Assembly (NCBI GenBank): GCA_017554455.1 | Contig: JAFZIH010000001.1 | Location: 9-24,008, forward strand | Length of the DNA stretch: 24,000 nucleotides | Origin: Clostridia bacterium | GTDB taxonomy: Bacteria > Bacillota > Clostridia > Christensenellales > CAG-138 | Direction: 5' to 3' | In this document: positions 22,508 through 24,000 of the stretch, piece after piece | How positions within the stretch are numbered: position 1 is the stretch's first letter | Layout of the letters: each line of letters starts with the position of its first letter | The notes under the pieces: model-generated | What the model was told of the DNA's origin: nothing | What the model saw: only the letters and a program-made list of their open reading frames with translations | Databases searched by the model: none | Made by a program: the position numbers and the translations under genes

Positions 22508-24000
22508 AGGTCGGGATCATTACATTCCACTTTCCGTTCAACTACGGCGCAGTCCTGCAATGCTATGCGCTCAGCCGCAAGCTGGAATTGCTGGGCAATG
22601 AGCCGCAGGTCATCAACTATTGCCCGTGGTACCATCAAAACCGTTACGCGTCCTATAAAAACCCGTTCTATTATGCAAACAGGCAGCTGCACGCGCCGGC
22701 AAAAAATGTCTTTGTGCGCGTGCATAACGGGGTAAAAGGATTTCGCGATACGGTGCGCTCCTGGAAGGACGCAAAGCCGAAGCTTATACGCGAGGAAACG
22801 TTCGACGCGTTCCGGAAGGCAAATCTTCGCGAGACGCGGACGTACCGTTCGCTTCGCGCGCTGCGGCTGTCGCCGCCCAAATGCGACCTCTATATCGCCG
22901 GCAGCGACCAGCTGTGGAACAGCAAGCTGACCGACAATCGTTTCGATCCCGCCTATTTTTTACAGTTCGGACGCAAAAAAACAAAGCGCGCCACCTATGC
23001 GGTCGGGAGCTATTTTCAGGATCCGCAGGCGGCTAAGGCGGAGATCGCGCCGATGCTGCGCAAGCTTGACGCCATTTCGCTGCGGGAAATCAAGTTTTTG
23101 CCGGATGTGCGGGAAGCGTCCATGGGCGCTGTTCCGATCCATATTGACGTCGATCCGACGCTGCTGCTTCCGCCCGAAGCGTATGAAGCGCTGATGCCGA
23201 AGGAGCTGCCGGAACGGGATCCGTTCATTCTGGTCTATACCATGCCCGGCCCCGCGCAAAAGCAGGTCAATGAAGCGGCGAAAAAGCTTGCCGCCAAGAC
23301 GGAACTGAAACTCATCGACATAAACGGCAACCCGAACGCGGAGAACCGAAAGATAGAGGATCAAAGGATCTGTTCGCCCGGGGAATTTCTCTGGTACTTC
23401 AAAAACGCCGCGTTTATCGTGACCAACTCCTTCCACGGTACGGTTTTCTCGGTGCTGTTCAGGAAACGATTTGCGGTGATCCTGCACAAGGAGACCGGCA
23501 ATCGCGCTTCGGAGCTTCTGGATAAGCTCGGTCTTTCGCACCGCTATACGGATCAGACGAACGATGTCATGCGGATCCTCGGACTTGCTTCCGATTGGAA
23601 TGCGGCGCATGCGGCAATCGCGAAGCTTCGCGCAGAATCGGAACGGTATCTGCGATTTTTGTGCGGCGGGGATGAACGCCCGGCATTTCAAACCGGTCGG
23701 GACGCAGAATCACCGAGCAAAGCGGGACCGAAACAGCCGGAGGAACCCGAAAAGCCGCCGATCCTGCCGCCGCGGGAACGATGGACGCGCATACACAGTA
23801 CGGAACAGAAAGGAACGACCATGTATACCGACGACAAAAACGCGCAGATCGTGATCGCGCTGCTCAAGAAATACAACGTGAAAAAGATCGTCGTTTCTCC
23901 CGGCACGACAAACGCACCGATCGCACGCGCGGCGCAGACGGATCCGTTTTTTGAGGCGTATTCCGCGGTCGACGAGCGCGGCGCGGCATACCTTGCTGGC
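22504..24000 (+). CDS. Polysaccharide pyruvyl transferase fused in frame to a TPP-dependent enzyme N-terminal domain (3'-truncated by the window edge)
   Basis: - This ORF is not in the supplied track because it has no stop in the window.
- I translated all 499 codons from ATG 22504, which overlaps the GT2 TGA as ATGA, and found no stop.
- aa 1 to about 390: MKVGIITFHFPFNYGAVLQCYAL, YIAGSDQLWN and IVTNSFHGTVFS, typical of the PS_pyruv_trans family.
- aa about 391-439: Pro/Glu/Lys-rich linker.
- aa 440 onward: MYTDDKNAQIVIALLKKYNVKKIVVSPGTTNAPIARA...AVDERGAAYLAG, a MenD/ALS-like TPP_enzyme_N pattern. Confidence 0.75.
   Translation, partial: MKVGIITFHFPFNYGAVLQCYALSRKLELLGNEPQVINYCPWYHQNRYASYKNPFYYANRQLHAPAKNVFVRVHNGVKGFRDTVRSWKDAKPKLIREETFDAFRKANLRETRTYRSLRALRLSPPKCDLYIAGSDQLWNSKLTDNRFDPAYFLQFGRKKTKRATYAVGSYFQDPQAAKAEIAPMLRKLDAISLREIKFLPDVREASMGAVPIHIDVDPTLLLPPEAYEALMPKELPERDPFILVYTMPGPAQKQVNEAAKKLAAKTELKLIDINGNPNAENRKIEDQRICSPGEFLWYFKNAAFIVTNSFHGTVFSVLFRKRFAVILHKETGNRASELLDKLGLSHRYTDQTNDVMRILGLASDWNAAHAAIAKLRAESERYLRFLCGGDERPAFQTGRDAESPSKAGPKQPEEPEKPPILPPRERWTRIHSTEQKGTTMYTDDKNAQIVIALLKKYNVKKIVVSPGTTNAPIARAAQTDPFFEAYSAVDERGAAYLAG

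Noticed and set aside
22030-23691. Minus-strand ORFs 22030-22725 (231 aa) and 22960-23691 (243 aa), the only track ORFs covering this region
   Set aside because: The plus-strand frame carries a clear GT2 and then a pyruvyl-transferase reading frame that is chained to the operon by an ATGA overlap. That ORF is absent from the track only because it has no stop in the window. The minus-strand translations are Arg-rich with no motifs.
1-24000. Search for mobile elements, tRNA/rRNA genes, a CRISPR array, toxin-antitoxin pairs or a defence island
   Set aside because: I could recognise no transposase, integrase or recombinase motifs, no terminal inverted repeats and no cloverleaf-like tRNA sequence. 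There are also no nuclease or NTPase pairs. The window is composed of housekeeping and cell-envelope operons, so I report no defence system.
23821-24000. Treating the TPP-enzyme domain as a separate gene starting at ATG 23821
   Set aside because: This is not fully rejected. A weak AAAGGA lies 6 nt upstream, but the upstream pyruvyl-transferase frame continues into it without any stop codon. As sequenced it therefore reads as one ORF, and the fusion is reported as a finding with this caveat.

Overview
This is a high-GC, Firmicutes/Clostridia-like chromosomal segment. That call is inferred from AGGAGG-type ribosome-binding sites, a dockerin module, a tandem glycine riboswitch and teichoic-acid-type genes. 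Genes are densely packed and fall into four blocks.

- **Block 1 (1-3060), cell envelope:** the 3' end of an orphan Pro/Lys-linker protein, a stand-alone 64-aa hydrophilic protein, and an NlpC/P60 lipoprotein with four peptidoglycan-binding repeats.
- **Block 2 (3068-8600):** an AEC-family transporter and AlaX-L editing protein operon on the minus strand. It diverges from a 1066-aa secreted protein built of GLUG repeats, Listeria-Bacteroides repeats, two cohesin-like modules and a C-terminal dockerin.
- **Block 3 (8609-16202, minus strand):** a seven-gene glycine cleavage operon, gcvT-gcvH-gcvPA-gcvPB-lplA-cysteine hydrolase-lpdA, behind a tandem glycine riboswitch.
- **Block 4 (16268-24000, plus strand):** a tightly coupled cell-wall glycopolymer locus. 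It encodes a monotopic phosphoglycosyl transferase, an epimerase, two GT2 enzymes, a TagF-like glycerophosphotransferase and a TagG/TagH-like exporter. It ends in an ORF that is absent from the supplied track because it runs off the window.

That last ORF reads as an in-frame fusion of a polysaccharide pyruvyl transferase with the N-terminal domain of a thiamine-diphosphate (TPP) enzyme.

I found no tRNA or rRNA genes, CRISPR array, transposase, integrase or recognisable defence system. The most unusual items are:

- the pyruvyl-transferase/TPP-enzyme fusion;
- the cohesin-plus-dockerin GLUG protein;
- the cysteine hydrolase embedded in the gcv operon;
- a probable leaderless transcript for the transporter gene.

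All family assignments come from motif recognition by eye. No database search was possible.
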